Source: Chrysomallon squamiferum (lineage: Eukaryota > Animalia > Mollusca). Taken from it: a stretch of 64,000 nt of DNA. The notes below the pieces were generated by a model. It searched no databases and was not told where the DNA came from. It saw nothing but the letters and a program-made list of their open reading frames with translations. Where the stretch lies: assembly GCA_012295275.1 (NCBI GenBank), contig CM022666.1, positions 11,222,001-11,286,000 on the forward strand, read 5' to 3'. A program made the translations under genes and the position numbers. Below are positions 24,340-39,600 of this stretch, piece after piece (within the stretch, counting starts at the first letter, position 1; every line of letters begins with the position of its first letter).

Positions 24340-24910
24340 AACGAGCGAGCTTCAGATACGTCGCCGATAGTAGGTGCAACAAACAACACAACAACTTTTG
24401 TCTTACTCGGATGCTTCACGTGGTTACCTCGCCGTGGAAGCTTCTCTGTTGTGTCGTGCTCGCTTTTTCTGCAGTATTTTGCCAAATTTCCATGGATCCT
24501 AAGAAAGTGAGTGCAAAGGACAGTGCTGAGAAGAAGAAGTGGATGATGTCCATTGAATTAAAGCACGAGCGAGGTATCGTGTAGTCAACGTGGCTAGGCA
24601 GTACGAGGGCATACTTTTACGGTATGTACCATACTGAAGCAGAAGGAGTCGATAAAGGCTAAAACTCCAGCCAAAGGCGTTAAAATAATTTCTAAGCTGC
24701 AGACCTCTGTCCATGAAAAGATGGAGAAATCCTAACCCTAACCAATTTATTTCTTTACATTCTCTTTTATTTTGTTATTTATACAATATTTGTTATTTAT
24801 ACATAATTTTTTCTTATTTAAAAACACATTACAAAAAACTGTGGTGGTTTTGGAGACGCTGGAACGGATTAATGGTATTTCAATTAATTTCATTTGGGAA
24901 AATTCGTTTG
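24340..24910 (+). mobile_element. Internally deleted Tigger/pogo (Tc1-mariner) transposon remnant
   Basis: From ATG 24492, frameshifted pieces read MDPKKVSAKDSAEKKKWMMSIELK...ARQYE...TVCTILKQKESIKAKTPAKGVKIISKLQTSVHEKME, the CENP-B/psq-type N-terminal HTH of Tigger transposases. A Tigger-like subterminal gaacggattaat...gggaaaa follows at ~24862-24900. Confidence 0.85.
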
Positions 24911-25079
24911 GTAGATTTTTATGGTATTTCCTCGTATCACTATCGGTAAGTAAAGTCTGCACTACCATTGTGATTTTAAAATAATTGCGCGTTATTGTTG
25001 AATTAATCATCCGTGATCATCCTAGATACTATACAGTATACTAAGCATTTTGAATAAAATGATAAAAAAAAAATATATA

Positions 25080-25340
25080 GTAACACAAAATCGGTCTTTT
25101 CCGTCATTCCAAATGCCAGGGATACCATTATTATACGTTAACGGTATTGATGACGTGAATATTCAAGACTTTTTTTTTTATTGTTTATGAATATTCATTA
25201 ATATATTTACTACCGTCGCACTGGACGCTTTGTGATTGTCATGCTGACGAGAAGCTAGCGAACAATTTTAGCGAACCATTTAGAACGTTTATATCAAGAA
25301 TGTATCGATTGGTCGATAGAAATAGTAATCATGGAAGATA
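25080..25340. promoter_or_regulatory. Locally CpG-rich putative promoter
   Basis: CpG cluster with TGACGTGA (~25151), TGACG (~25245) and ATTGG (~25308), upstream of the minus-strand locus and of TTC21B. Confidence 0.3.
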
Positions 25341-26760
25341 ACTCTAAATGCACATTACTTCCTTTTTTCTTTTTTTTTTCTTTCTTTTGTATACTTTTCA
25401 ATAAGAAAATCCTTATTCAAATAATTATCTAAACGCAGTACTAACTAAATTAAAAGTTATAGAATATTTATCGTTTTTTAATGGATGTGAACAAGCGAAC
25501 GAGGTCGTCTTGGTTTTGCACTATAAGGTTATTTAAGAAAGGAAAAAAGCTTCATTTAATGGTAATTAAGCATTTTTGATCAGACATTTTTGATTAACGA
25601 TATATACCTCATACACACATCAAAACATTCAATACACACTTTGCTAATATTTCATATCCATGTGTCCACTACGTCTCATGCGCCAAGTAACAGCAATATT
25701 ATGATATATATGTAGCATTATAACGTCATGCAGAATAAGACATTTTTTGACAAAGATATAGAAAATGCTTTATTATCAAATGAGCAGGTAGATTTTGTGA
25801 TTAATACTTATATGATAACGTTTTTGACAATTTGGTAATGCTTTAGGTTAACATGAAAATTTGAAAGTATTCGTGATAATTTCTGTATACAGAGGATGAA
25901 AATGTATTATTGTGCAGAGAACGGGAAAGGTTTATAAGACCACGTGTTTAGATAGAACGTTTGACGATGATGAAATGCACAGACTGCAATAAACATAATT
26001 AAAAACAGCATGATTATAGATGTCTTCAGACTTCTTTCTCACTTAAGCAGTTTAGTATTGTTTGTTACAATTAATTTGATATTAATTTGATTGAGCACAT
26101 CGTTTTAAAACTAGTTTTGGCTACCTTCTTTCAGCAGAAATTTTCAACTTCCACATTATTGAAACTGATACTATCCGACATTATAAATGGAAAGAAATGA
26201 TTAATGAAGAAACACGAAAAGGAAATGTCTGAGACATTGGGAACACTGTTCTCAGGATCAGCTTTGTAGACACCGCAAACACAGTTGTTTAGCTGATCAT
26301 TAGTCAACCAGTCTATCTGATTAAATCACATTTCAACTTGTGATATCAAGCACATTTGAAAGTAACTTACGAAGATCTTCAGAAAAATCGCATGTTTGGA
26401 CTATTACTTTAAAAGTTTTCTTTTTCTTATTAAAATTTACTGTTTGTTGGTATTTCTGACCCAGTATACCTTTTGTTTATGTGTATATGTTTCAGTGTTC
26501 CTTTTGAAACAGCACTCTTCGAATGTATAAAAGTAAGGAAATCATTACTGAAGAAAAGCAAAAGAGATTTTTTGCATCTTTTTTTAATACAAATGTTACA
26601 ATCCGGTCGGCAGGCATTATGAAAAGAAATTACCTATATTGATTATATTAAATGCAAATTAGTTGCTATATACATTCATTGATTCTACTTTGTGAAAATA
26701 AAGAAATGCAAACACTCACGCAGCACCCAATCACATACAGAGGCAAAAGCAACTTTATTG

Positions 26761-26811
<51 letters not shown>

Positions 26812-26974
26812 AACACATATATACATACATATACATTAGTAAATAAAATAAATGCTGAAATGCTTAAGGTGCATTATTCTAACCTACAACTCTAATAATC
26901 GAGAACTATTTATTAAGGATATTTTCTGAGATTCCTCAAACTAATTTTCAAACTAGAATATTATTTTAAAAAAA

Positions 26975-27345
<371 letters not shown>

Positions 27346-27621
27346 CTGCAATAAGTACATAGATTTCTGAGAAAATAATGTCTTTTTAGAGTTATCTCCC
27401 ATGATAACTACTTCTATTAACCGATAACTTTTTGACTTAAAATTTTGTTTTTAAATTGTTCGCTATAATTGTTCGCTACCTTGATTTCAGCAAGAGTTAT
27501 CCTTTCGTTCGTCAGAAATTCCTAAGTTCAAGGCACAAACAGTTTCTTTTTTTGATCACTATTTACGTCAATCGTCAGGGGGACTAATTATTAACAATTT
27601 GTGTTATTAAATATTATCACC

Positions 27622-30600
27622 ATGGCTGAGTCTGACCCAGTAACTCTTGTAAGTATCAGCTAGTATAAATATTACTACGTTGCTACAATAAATCTTGATA
27701 GAATTTAAGAGATATTTGTGTTGATACCGCATTATTGATCTTTAGAAATTTGGCAAAACAAAAATATGCTTTGCAGTTTGGTCGAAGAAGATAATTTCTT
27801 AGAATGAATAAAATAAAAAATATATGTGCCACTGAGTGTGTCTTTGGGATTATATTTGCAATCTTCAATTAAATAGTAAAAAAAAAAAAAAAAAACTAAC
27901 CTTCTCAGCTTTAAAAGTGTTACCTATCAACAGTATGATTTAAATAAATTTTAAAACTTTATTTGTTTATATATTAAAGCCCAAAAATTTAAAAATATGT
28001 TATCAAATACTGCCACTTGATTGGATGTTTATTTTATTCCCCATCAGGACATTAAATTTTTATAATTATATCTATCTTAGTCTCTATACAAAATTAATTA
28101 CTTATAATTTTAGCTAAGGTAGAATTTAAATATCATAAGCCTATAAGGTGTCTTGATATCCTGAAAATTTCAGTTATCTTTATGAAGTTTGATCTCGTTA
28201 TTTGTTTCGGTATTAATTACTGGAATTTACAGAACATTAAATGCATTTTATTTATTTATTTTATTTTATTTTATAAACACAAATGACCTGTATGCTTTTC
28301 CAAAAATAGATCAGTGCCACACAGTTGACATAATTCAATTGTAGAGAATATTTATCGACAACACCCCTTGTATCAAACTTGAAGATTGAGGAGGGAAATA
28401 AATAAAATAGTTTTAGATGTTTGACAAGCAAAAGCAGATTATGTAGTTGTATCTAGTTTATAACAATAAAAATGATAAATACAAACAGTTATATTTATAG
28501 TTATAAGTTTTGTTTTAATAATTACTTTATTGTTAGACACTTTGAGTTAAAACCAGTAAGGAGAATAACACTTTGGATATAATGTACACAGCTGTCTAGT
28601 TCACAAAACATTGTCATGCACAGTGCTTGAACTTTTTATTTTTTTTGATTTTTAGTCTTTTAATTTTCTTAACTAGTGTGAAATATGTAAGTGTAAAAAA
28701 AAGGAAATTCATATTTATATTTATTTAGTGCTTTATTAAATTATTGTTAATAACAGTCTGCAAATTATAGACTTTTTTATTGTTGAGTTTACTTTTTTTA
28801 TGAACTATTCCTGAAGGCCAAAATAAATTACTACTGTCGTGAAAAATACTTTGCTCACATGGAAAGTGCTGCAACAGAAGGACTACAGAAATATGGAAAT
28901 GATCCAGTTCTCAAATTTTTTGCCGCATATGCCAAAATTTTACAAGGTTTGTATTTTAAAATATCTTTGAAAGCATATTTAGCAATATTTAACAATATAA
29001 TAATAATAATTTCTATTTTTAATTTTGTCTCTACTTCAAATAGGATATTTTTATCATATATAGATTATGTTCATACTATAGCATTTATATTTTAGTAGTA
29101 TTATCTTCAGTGTCAATTAAAATAAAATGAATTTAATCGTTTATTAAAAATAATAATTTAACGATTCCTACTACTTCAAATGTTATTTGTACATTCAGAC
29201 CATATAGGTGAAGCAATGCGAGAACTTGATGTTCTAAAGGATAAGAGAGATGTAAACCTCTGTTCAACTATGGCCCTAATGTTTGCTCACAAAAGGAGTC
29301 ATTCTGTTGGCAAGTTGAAGATTAATGAAACTCCCTTCATAAAATTAATGACCTAATCTTCCAAATTGACCTTTATTTATGCAGTCTCTGATATTAGATT
29401 GTTGATGATTTCTGGTAATAATAAAACAAATATACAAACTGTAATTGAATTAGTTCTTGAATTAAAATTATAATTATAGATTTGTACATTAACTTTTTAA
29501 AGGAACAACAACAAAAAAAACCTATTTGCTGGAAACATAATGGTTTCTGATTTTGCATATAATGAACTTTTTTAAAATCAAAATCATTTGTGTTGTAATG
29601 TTTATTTTACACTGATTTTAACAGTATTAAAATACAGGGCTTTTTTATATGTTTTAGTACATTATAAAATTTTGATTTGAACATATTTACAGACAAAGAA
29701 GCTGTGCAAAAGCTTGATGCAAAATTAAAAGAAGAACGCAAACAGGCAGGAGAACTGGTAAAATAAAATTTAGATTTTTTTAGGTGAATGGTTTCAAGAC
29801 TTAGTTATAAAGCTGAAACCATTTAATGAATCTTTGGTCTAATGCATTCAACAATAATATCAAGTCTTCTGTATTACAAACATTATCTAATTTAAATCTT
29901 TATTTTCCCTCTTTTGGAAAGCGTTTCTGATTTATAATGTTAGTTATTTTAAGAATTAATTACAATGGGTTTTAAACCTGGCTCTCAGTCTGTGAGAAGT
30001 AAGTCACATCAACAACTTTCTTTCTTTCTTTTTAGGGTTTGTTCTTCGCAGGTCTCTTTTTATTTCACACTGGCAAATATGACAAGGCAAGGGAGTATAT
30101 TGATAGAATGCTCAAGATCAACCCACATTCCAAAGAGGTTTGTATCCTAATAAATCAAATCAGAATGAATTGATATATTCAACAAAAACAATTTCTAGCA
30201 CATACCTATTTCTTTCTTATCCAGTATGAAGTGATATTTAGATATTTTAACATATCAAAAATAGTTTGAATGAATGTTTTTAAAAGTTTTAAAAATATTC
30301 TTTTTCAGGGTTTGATGATGAAAGGGTGGATTGAGATGATGAGTGGCAGAGATTCAAAAAAATGTGTTAAATATTTTGATGAAGCAATAGAGTAAGTAGA
30401 TACATACCAGTAGTTCTACTGTAAACATTCACATCCATTCCATCCAGCATTACTCCATATCACAAACTGAGATCACTAGCTACAGGTGATACAAAAACAT
30501 TCTTCCTAATTATCAATGCAAGTTTACTCTTTGAAGTATTGTTTAACAAAAATGACATTAAATTGAAAATATGATATGGTTTTTGTAAAACAAACACATT

Positions 30601-33600
30601 CATATTTATGAAATCATTGTTTAACATCTCTTACAAATAAAACTGTCCCACAAACGATGTAGCTGCTGTTGATGTTTTTACATTCCAATCTTTATAGGAA
30701 TCAGGGAGCACGGGACCTCGATGTTCTTCTTGGAAAAGCAAAGTTTTGGGAACTTCGTCGAAACTTCAGTGTAGCATTGGATGTTATAAATCAGATAATT
30801 GTGGGATACCCCAATTTTCTTCCTGGATATATTGAAAAGATGAAATTACAGCTGGCACTTCAAGACTGGGAACAAACTCTCGAGACAGCTCAAAGGTAAT
30901 AAAACTGTTTTAAAAGAAACAAATAGAAATAAGACATTATTGTTACTATTAGTTTTAAAATTTTTCCTGTGTCTTATATTTCATTGACATTAACTACAGT
31001 ATAAATATATCTTTCTTTGGAAGTAAGAGTATTTAATGTGAGTGTATGTGTGAATGAGACAAAGGGCAGGAAGGGTAGGGATAATTATTTTTCCAAACTA
31101 TCCCATGTCATTTATACACTTGCTCAAAAGCAAAAAAATATATATATTATGTTTAATAGATGTCAGTTTTTTTGTATCAGTAAATTAATCTTGCCAGAGA
31201 TAATGATTAAATGTATTGTTTACAAAGGTCAAAGAAAAAACAAAAAAAAACCCAGAATCATTTAAAGCCCATAACTACAGTTACCAGCAGTACATTCTAG
31301 ATCTTTTGTCTTTAGTGTGAAGAACAGAAAAAGAATTGAGACAATCTAAAAAAAAAAAAAAAATTTACTTTAATCTTGAGACTATTTACTTTCATGACAG
31401 TGTCTGCCTTTACAGAGCTTTTATCATTATTATACCAAATACCTGAGAGTGCTGACCAGTCTATTCTAGTTTGATCATCACCAACACAACTGACAACTAA
31501 TACGTAATTCATTTCTGGTTCTTGTTGCCTGAAAAAAAAGCTATTGACAGACATGCTGCTGATGTGTGAATGAGCACCAGTACAAGGGTTTCACTTTCAT
31601 TAAGACTTACCAAAACAATATATATACAGGCAATGTGTAAAATTAGGCTGTATGTAGAATGCTAAATTTTTCAAGTAATCTGTAAATTGTCTAATTCACT
31701 CAGGCAATCTATATGATGCCTGAAGTAAAAGTTCTGTCATTCGTTCAAAGCAGCTGGTGTAAAGGTAAAACAACAAATGGCAATATTATTATATTATCTA
31801 TTTTTTTCAAAGACACTATTCAGAAAAAACAAAAAATACAACAACAATAGTTTAGAAGAATGAATTAGAAGCTAAACAAATGTACATCTATGATCACTTT
31901 TGATGTTAACGTGTCTTTGTATAGTTTTTGCAATGGATTAGAAGTGAGGGTGATGGTATTTCTCAATAAACACAGTATTTAGTGGCACAAATATCATTGC
32001 TGAACAATAGCAGAGTTAATGGATGTTCATTTTAAGAATTGTTTCTAGTAAAGAATGGCAGTGAATATCTGACAGATACCACTACAACCTAGGACAGTCC
32101 CAGGATCATATGAAATACTCCAAGGTGATAATGCAAATAAATTAATTTGTAAGCACCAACTGGTTGTGGTTGTAGCAACAAAATGATTGGTTTTATTTAA
32201 GTATGTGAACATTATGAGGGAAAGCTTATTATATTGAGTGCCAGAAGAAAAGTAATCATGCTACAACAAAGGGGTTTGTCCTCAGTTTGATATTATAGGA
32301 CTTTGGATCGCAGGGGCAAGTGCATGTAATTAATATGCAATCCATCACTAAGGCATCACACAAGTGGGTAATGATCTATCAAGGCCATTGTCAAAATACT
32401 GCATTCTGCACCCAAAGACATCTAAGTGTGCAGCAAAAAGTGATATACAATTTATGGACATAATTCTTTTCCTTGCTGCCTCTCAGATTTTACAGAATGA
32501 TAATGGCAGCAAGTTCACTGAATTAGTCATCGCAGGCATTCTAGCTTGTATGGTATCTCTTGAAGGGTCATGGCAAACTGTTGTGTGGTTTTCAAGTTTA
32601 TGTGATTTTTACTTGTTTTAATGTCTTTATGTCAAATCTGTAGCAGAAATATTGAAATGGCATATTAAGACAGATTAAAATTAAAAGTAACTGACCTGGC
32701 TTCTAATCCATTAGAAAATTGCCTAATTATAGCCATATATGCCTGATATGTATTTACTTGTTTTGCTGCCATAATACATTTCACTTTACAATTGCTATTA
32801 AAATGTTCATATTTTAAAGCATCATAATTGCTTCTTTTTTTTCAGAGCATTAAATCTTGATTTGCACTGTGTAGAGGCTCTGAGATACAATATCATGTAT
32901 CTGTTATGTCGAGAGGGAAACTATGCAGAGGTGAGCAACTTTCAGCTGTCATTATTTATTTTATTTTTTTTTTTTGATGGGTTGTTATTTTAAAATATTT
33001 GTCAATCAACAGATCAGTGTCTGATCATTAAGAAAATAAATGTATGACATGTTTTGAAAAAATGTTCTGTTTTTCAGGCAGCCAATAAAATAGGAGATGT
33101 GATTAGTCTTCTGGATAGGTTTGAATCACGCAATGCCTGGCTCTACTGCAATATGGCTCAAATTTTCAGCAGACTGGTTAGTTTGATAAAATGTTATATC
33201 CATTAAGACTTAATTGACTGTGTTATATCATTTGTTCTCCAAATAACAGAAAGAAACACAAATAAAGACATTTGTAAATTGCAATTTTCTAAGTAAAGAA
33301 ATGAACATAGTTGTTTTCAAATTATGTGGTATTTTTATATCTCTAGTTCAAGGGTCAAATCTAAAAGCACTCTTTTCAAAAGAAAAATGATTATGATTAT
33401 AAATGAGATTTCATGGTAGTTTCCTAATGTCATAATTTAACATGTTTTGATATTTAGTTTATTCTATTAATTTTTTATTCTGTTCCATTCAAGGATATTA
33501 TTACCTTTTTTGGAATATCCCAGTAAATATTTGATTTTATAATTTGATTCTAGTACAAAACCAAATTAATTTTAGTTTTGTTATATTTAGTGTATTTGAT

Positions 33601-36600
33601 CTCTATTGATTCAAATTATTTATTTCAGTGTGGTCGTAATTCACTAGTGTGTCAGCAGACATACACACTGACAGAAAGAGCAGTCAGTGTGGAGAGAGAC
33701 AACTCAGAATTTGTCAATGAACTGGGCTTTCAGCTTCTCTTGCAGGGCAAATCTAAGGATGCTATGCGCTGTTACAGAAATGCTATGAAATTAGATGAAA
33801 CAAGTGTTCCTGCATTAATAGGTACAGACACACATTTTTGTTGTTTTTCTAATTGTAGTCTTCTACAATGCAGTTCACAACAAAAATTTTGTGACAGATG
33901 AAATTTTTTTAATTTAATGGGCAAATGAATCTGTGGATTATTGTTATTTCATCTTAGATTACTGACATCTTCATATCATGATGATGCACTGCTGTTAAAT
34001 TAGATAATAATAAATTTCAAATATTTGCAAGTCAACAGTTTACTTGTATCCTAAACGAAGTGCTCCAAAATGTAAACTATAGCAGCTTATTATATTATGG
34101 TTTTAATGAATAATAAAAATAAGTTGGAACAATTTATGTTTTGGATATTACCAAAAGACTAATACACCCTTTTTTTTAAGTCCTTACTAAACAATTTATA
34201 TCCTTACATGTTAAAATTAAATTTATAAAATAATCTTAAAACATGATTTAATTTAGTTAATTTTGTATTCTAAACAAATGATAGGAATAATTCGATGTCA
34301 GCTGATGGAGAGACAGATGGAGGAAGCAGCTCAGCAGCTAGAATTCCTCAACGAAGTGCAACAGAGCATTGGCAAATCTGCAGTGAGTATCAGACAAGAT
34401 GCAGTATAGGACATTTTTCACAATCACTTGATAGAAGTGAAAAAGGTGCTACCATCACTAATTAACAAAAGTGATGGCAGTGAGCACCATACTAATTTGT
34501 TTACGGTATAGCTGTATAGAATTGTTTTAATGTCTATAATAATTAACCTTTCTAATAAACATTTGGTGACTGTGAAATCACAAAGTTCATATTGTTTTAG
34601 AAAGTATGGCTCAGAACATATTTGCAGATGAAGTCAGATGGTTATGAAGTTATTCAGCTAATGCTTAATGCAAAGATGTCATATCATGTAACTTCAAAGT
34701 GTGCTTGCTCCCCAAAACAATATTTTTCTACTTAATGCATTAATTAGTAGATGTTTAAATCTGATAATTACAGAAGATATTTGGCTTAGCTTTTTCACAA
34801 AATATGATAGATAATTAATTGCAGATGGCAGTTCAGCTGAGAATGCTGTAATAAGACCAGCCATAATAAAATATTCTGTGTTTTTCATTATACATGAGTG
34901 AGTGCTGTAGAAATGAAAAAGTATATTGACTGGATTATTGAGGTCTCTTTTGGTGTAAACTACCTCCTCTTGTAATTTCACATATTTTACTGTTTTGAGC
35001 AGATTACAAAACTCATTTTTAATTTAACCATTTCTTAATTTGCAATAAATTAATTTCCACTGCTTTTTCATGTAATAATATACATTTTCTATTTGCAGGA
35101 ACTTTCTTATCTGAATGCCATGTTAGCATCCAAGAAGCTACAAAGTCGTGAAAAGGTCCTGCAGTTGCTAAATGAGGCCATTGAGATTCATTTCACTTCA
35201 TTAAAAGTAATGATACTTTTATAACAAAAAAAATCATTAATGATGTTTCAAAATTACAGATGGCTGTAGATATAAATTAGTATCAAGGTTGTTCTGTGTA
35301 GCAGTTTAGATTCTTTTTCTTTTGTAATTTAGTATACAAGGGCTGGCATTTGCAAAATAATGTGTAAAAGTTACTTTATACTGAAAGGTCACAAGATATT
35401 TTAATAATGTAACATATTTTTATCTAAAAACCAGCAGTTAAAAAAAATATTCAGTGCACAGTGACATTTGTATTTATTTTAATGAGATGTGATAATAATT
35501 TTTATGTGTAACAGTTTGTTTACTTTGTTTTAATTATATTACCAAAGATAGTAATATATAAATTACAGTGATATTGATTTTCTTATAATAAATATTGGCA
35601 TTGTTTTTCTCATTCATCATATATTTAATAAGATGTATATGTTTTTGATTTGCCAAAATATTAATTTTTATTACATTGAACTAGCAAATAAAAATAATAA
35701 TTATTAGTGTAATGTAGAGCATATTGGTTTTACAAAATTTAGTTATTTTGGTGTTTAAAAGTGTTGTGTATGAACTTGATTTCAGGGATATCCACTGGGA
35801 GTCCAATACTACCTGCTGTTGAATCCAGACTTCTTGATACAGTTAATCAAGGATTACCTGCAGTTTGCACCACAAACTGTATGTGTCAAGCTGTTTTAAA
35901 TATTGTTAACATTTTTAATTGCTCCTTGGACAGACCTCTATCATTTTAATTAATTCAGTATTTTATGTCAATCATATATAATTTATTTTGATTTTTTTTT
36001 ATTTTATTTTTTTTTTATTTCAAGAGTAGGCAAATGACTTACTAGCCATAAAAATTACCAGTTTAAAAATAATGTCACTTAACAATTTTATTATATGAAC
36101 ACATCAATTTCAAAATTTGTATAATTTCCAGGTTTAGACACTGCAAATAGTTAAATTTATTTTGAATTAATTTTTTTGTAGCCTATAATGAGTGGACAAG
36201 CCATTGATGTTGTTCTTAAACGATGTCATCAAGTTCTTGATCCACTCACAAGAGCTGTCCCAGGACTGATGGAGTCTGTATTTCTTATGGCAAAAGTTAA
36301 ATTTCTTGCTGGTTAGTTTGAATATATTAATCATCTAAATGTTTTGAAACTTTGTTACATCTGTCTGTTAAGATATAACGTTAGAAATATGTTTTCAGGT
36401 ATTCAGTCAACCATGCGTGTTTTGGCAAGACAACTTCGTTTGTGAAGAGATAAAAGTTTTTAACAGTAATATGTAAATAGCTATGTTTGACTGCTAATTG
36501 GATGTTTGTGTTTGTGTGTTTTTAAACACAGAAAGTTGCACCTTCAATAATTCAAACTTGAAGGGATCATGAAAATAATTTAAGCAAAAAAATAACTTGT

Positions 36601-39600
36601 GTTTCATGGAGTTTGGGTTTTCGAAATTCAAATATTTGTAGCATTTCCAATGCTCTTTTGTATTTTGTTAATTTAGGAAGCAATACAATTCAGATGAATT
36701 TGACATATATATATGCATACATATTGTCAAACATTCTGTCAAGTTCCTCAGTTTTTGTAAGTAATACAGGTCCCCACTAAGATATTCTTTTCCACAGCAA
36801 CTTGTTTTCATTTTTTGTTCCTGCCTTGACTTACATGAATACTTTGTAATTAGTCTCGTTAATTTTCATTACCAACTTTCCTCTCATGCCTTTGTCCCCA
36901 GTCTCCAGTCTGGTTATAGTCTCATTGTTGGATCCATGGCCAGATTGCTTGTATGACATGAAAGCAGAGCTTTTATTTTTAACTGAATTGGCTATCCCCA
37001 GATTCTCCAATCTTTGTTAATTTAGTTTATAACATAATTTAATGATAATGTGTAAACATTAACAGACATTTAAATAGCAAACAGCATGTTTTATATGATA
37101 CATTCATTTGTAAGCAGAATCAAACACCAACCAGTGAACTTTAATAGTTAACTACAGCAGTTCTTTGAAGACTGTCTGCAGCTGTGTGTTATGTAAACAG
37201 ACCCTACACCATGTACAAAAACAGATGACCAAGAAACAGAGGTTTTTGAGTTTTGAAGATCATTATTACTAGCTTTTATAAGAACTCAGCTAGGACCAGA
37301 CTCTGAGTTTGAGAGATCAAAGTTTGAATTTTTGAAGATTTACTCTTATATATAATATACATTATATGACAAAAACATGTTTTGATTAATACCACCAAAA
37401 GTACACCTTAATGTATGTTATATTTGTAGGAGACATTGTTGTTTTATTTGTAGGATATGTACGTACATTATTCCAAGGAGATTGTTGTTCTTTGTAGACA
37501 GAATTAATATATATTTGTAGGAGATATCGATGCTGCACAAATCACACTTCAGAACTGCCTTGATACAGATCCTACTTTCTCTGATGCTCATATCCTCATG
37601 GCACAGGTACATTTTATTTATTGTTTGTAATGGGGATCATTAATCAATCCAAATATATTTAGTTGAAGGATGTTTAAATACAGCAACTTTGCTTGATAAA
37701 TATGATTTTGTCAAGGAATTTTGTTTGATCAAGTTCATTTAAATATGCTACCTCATGTATATTAATTATACTTTTTCATCTAAAAATAAATCAAAAGAAA
37801 AAATGTATCAGTGGCATGCAATAAATTTATACAGTCAATTAAAATAAACACAAACAAAAACATTTTTACGATCAGTACGTCAGATGTTTCAGAAACTGTT
37901 TTATATATTTGTTTGATTTCTTTATATAAACTAAGTTTTTTTAACATTTAATAAAGATATACCTGTAAAATTGCATGTACCAACAAAATGACAAACACAG
38001 TTGACATGGAAATATAATTTGTGATCAAAATACAATTACCTTAATTCCCCAAGGCATTCATGACACTTTCAGTTATGTTCTTTTTTCTTTCTAATAAATT
38101 CAGTATTGTGATATGTAAAAATGGTCAGCAGATATTTCGGCAGAAAAGAAAACTAAAACTAAATATAAATTTTATATATATATATATATATATATGTAAT
38201 TTGTTTCATGTTTCAGATTCACCTTCATCAGAATAACTTTAAACAGGCCAATCAATCGTTAGAAGTTGGATTAAGTCATAATTTTGAAGTGAGTTACTCA
38301 ACAATTTGGTTACTTTATATTTAAAATGCTCTATGTTTCATTTCATTTTATACTAGCATTAAACTTTATTTGGATTATGAATTTTGTACTGCGCTGTAAA
38401 GTTATTTATTTTTTATAAACAGGTTCGTGATCATCCTGTTTTTCATCTGATAAAAGCAAGGATTCTTAAGAAGCAGGGAGACTTGGTTGAGGCTGTGAAG
38501 ACACTTCAGATAGCGATGCAGTTGCCAGGCATCAAACGGCCTGGTAAACAAACACTTCTGTTTCTTCAATTAAAAATGTATTAATCTTGAGAATTGCTGT
38601 TATTACTGGAATTCTTAAATTTAATTTGTAATTGACTTTTATATATTTTCCGTAAGAAAGTGTTAAACCTTTTTTGAATTTCTTCAGCTGAAAGTGAATT
38701 ATTTAAAATGTACATTAATGTCAAATTTACAGGCCACACATCTTCAACAAAGAAGACCAAAGCAGAACAGATCAGCATCAACGACCGCGTGTCTGTCTTC
38801 TTAGAGCTTGCAGAAGCTCACCGTCTACAGGGAGAACAGGTCTGTATTCTGTGATTATTTGAGTTTAATAAAACCTTCACAATAACAGAAAAAACCCAGA
38901 AAAAGGCACCAAAAATACCCTTACCTTTTGTCATTATTTTTTTTTTTTTATATGCACAACAATTTACTGTTTAAACAATTTTCTTTGTTTCTTAAAAGTT
39001 TTTCAGAGTAATACTCTTTTACATCTTAAGCATAAAATCAGCATTACAATATTATGTTTGTGTTTTATTGTGGTCCTACAATATTTTTTTTCATGTTCAT
39101 TGTATTGCTCAGCATGAAGCAGCTCGGGTGATGCAAGATGCCATCAATGAATTTCAAGGTACTTCAGAAGAGGTTCGGGTCATGATAGCCAACGCTGACC
39201 TCTCTCTTTCAAGAGGAGATGTTGAACATGCACTGAGTATGCTCCGTAATGTCTCACCTGATCAGCAGTACTTTGTGCAAGCTCGTGAAAAGATGGCTGA
39301 TATTTACCTAAACTACAGAAAGGATAAGCGACTGTATGCTAGCTGTTACAGGTAATGTGCTACTTTTAATCTTTTATTTTATATTTCCTGTGTTTTAACC
39401 TACCAGTTCACAACTAATTCACTGATTGTTCAAGAAGTTGTCTAACAGCAACTGACTTATGTGCTGTGCTAAGAATTCCTTCCAGCAAGTTGACATGCCT
39501 GTTTCTTACTACAGAGTTTTTTGTTACTGTTGAATGTTAATGTTGCCTGGACAAATAATTATAGTTGTGTCAAAGTGTACAACATTCAAGTTGTGTGTCT

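Noticed and set aside
36530-37350. Possible Tc1/Tigger-type MITE ends
   Set aside because: Too degenerate to define TIRs or a TSD by eye.
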